DNA from: Chiloscyllium plagiosum | Lineage: Eukaryota | Length of the DNA: 64,000 bases | Assembly (NCBI RefSeq): GCF_004010195.1 | Contig: NC_057718.1 | Location: 31,770,204 to 31,834,203, forward strand | Reading direction: 5' to 3' | Part shown: positions 63,071 through 64,000 of the stretch, in pieces | Numbering within the stretch: position 1 is the stretch's first letter | Layout: each line of letters begins with the position of its first letter | Position numbers and translations under genes: made by a program | Notes under the pieces: model-generated | Seen by the model: the letters and a program-made list of their open reading frames with translations, nothing else | Told to the model about the DNA's origin: nothing | The model's database searches: none

Positions 63071-63559
63071 TCGACTTCAAAATTCAGAACTAAATGTAAC
63101 AAGTAGCACGTAATATCAACAACATAATCAGCAGCAAAATGACAATGCATTAGTCATATACTCAGAGTATATCACTAATTCAGTTTTGTTCACCTTACTT
63201 AATCATGCGCAACTTTGCCACCTAATTTGATATAGTGAAGGCTCTGGAAATATTACTGGAATTTACATACCATAGAACAATGTTATCAAGCAGAAAAACA
63301 TTCCAACATGTTTAGTTTTGTCAGGTGGATTTCATTAAAGTCTCATCAGCATACTGTAAAATGCTTTAAGCCCTGCACACCTTAATTACACTTAAGTAAC
63401 AGTAAGATCTGTTCAAAATTGACAAGATTATAATAAACTGCAGTCAGAAGGGTCATTAGATTTCCAACACTCACTTTGTCCTATACTATCCAAAGCAGGT
63501 GTTGGAAACACAATTACATGGCCATCTAATTCTTTAATCTGCAGTTTGTACCTTGACCT

Positions 63560-64000
63560 TACCCTGTGATTTTATTTTACATGAGAGTGTCACTGGTTAG
63601 ACCAGCTGTTATTGCCCAACCTTAATTGTCCTCAAGAAAATAGCAACGAGCTTCCTTCTTGAACCGCTGCAACCCACAGGGTAAGTACACCCACAGTGCT
63701 ATGGGTAGGCAAGAATTTTGACTCAATGAAAGACTGGCAATGGGGTTCGAAGTCATGATGGTGTGCGGCTCAGAGGGAAGCTTGTAGGTGGTGCATTTGC
63801 CATTCCTTTTCTTTGAGGTAGCAGAGGCTGCATGCTCAAAGGTGCAGTTGAAGGAATTGTAGTGAGTTGCTGCAGTGCATCTTGCAGATGTGATACACTG
63901 CTGCCACCATGCATTTTTCCGAAGACCAGTGAATATTGAAGATGGCAGATGGGGTCCGATCAAGTGGGCTACTTTGCCCTGGATGGTGTCAAGCTTCTTA
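63560..64000 (-). mobile_element. CR1/L2-group LINE 3' end (runs off the window)
   Basis: Reverse-complement homology to 25150-25597 and 35100-35340. Confidence 0.7.

Overview
This is AT-rich vertebrate genomic DNA. The repeat content (HE1-type V-SINEs, Deu-domain SINEs, CR1 and Penelope-like elements) points to a cartilaginous fish, probably a shark; that assignment is inference. The whole window lies inside a large minus-strand gene, SRBD1 (S1 RNA-binding domain protein 1, Tex family). Only two short coding exons are present (49230-49321 and 29281-29363), separated by a 19.9-kb intron. The rest is intron, filled with nested retroelements: young and old CR1, RTE/BovB-like, Rex1-like, L2-like, V-SINE and Deu-SINE copies. 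The most notable signal is a set of at least three families of Penelope-like element (PLE) ends. Each carries a minimal type-I hammerhead-ribozyme motif (CUGANGA-A-stem II-GAA-palindromic ACGU/AGCU-H), and several are arranged as inverted hairpins flanked by target-site duplications. One copy forms a tandem ribozyme/409-nt/ribozyme unit resembling a retrozyme. Also present are three co-oriented CTCF-like motifs, several enhancer-like unique blocks, and a possible decayed antisense gene at about 19.8-22.9 kb. All calls are by eye; element boundaries are approximate unless stated.
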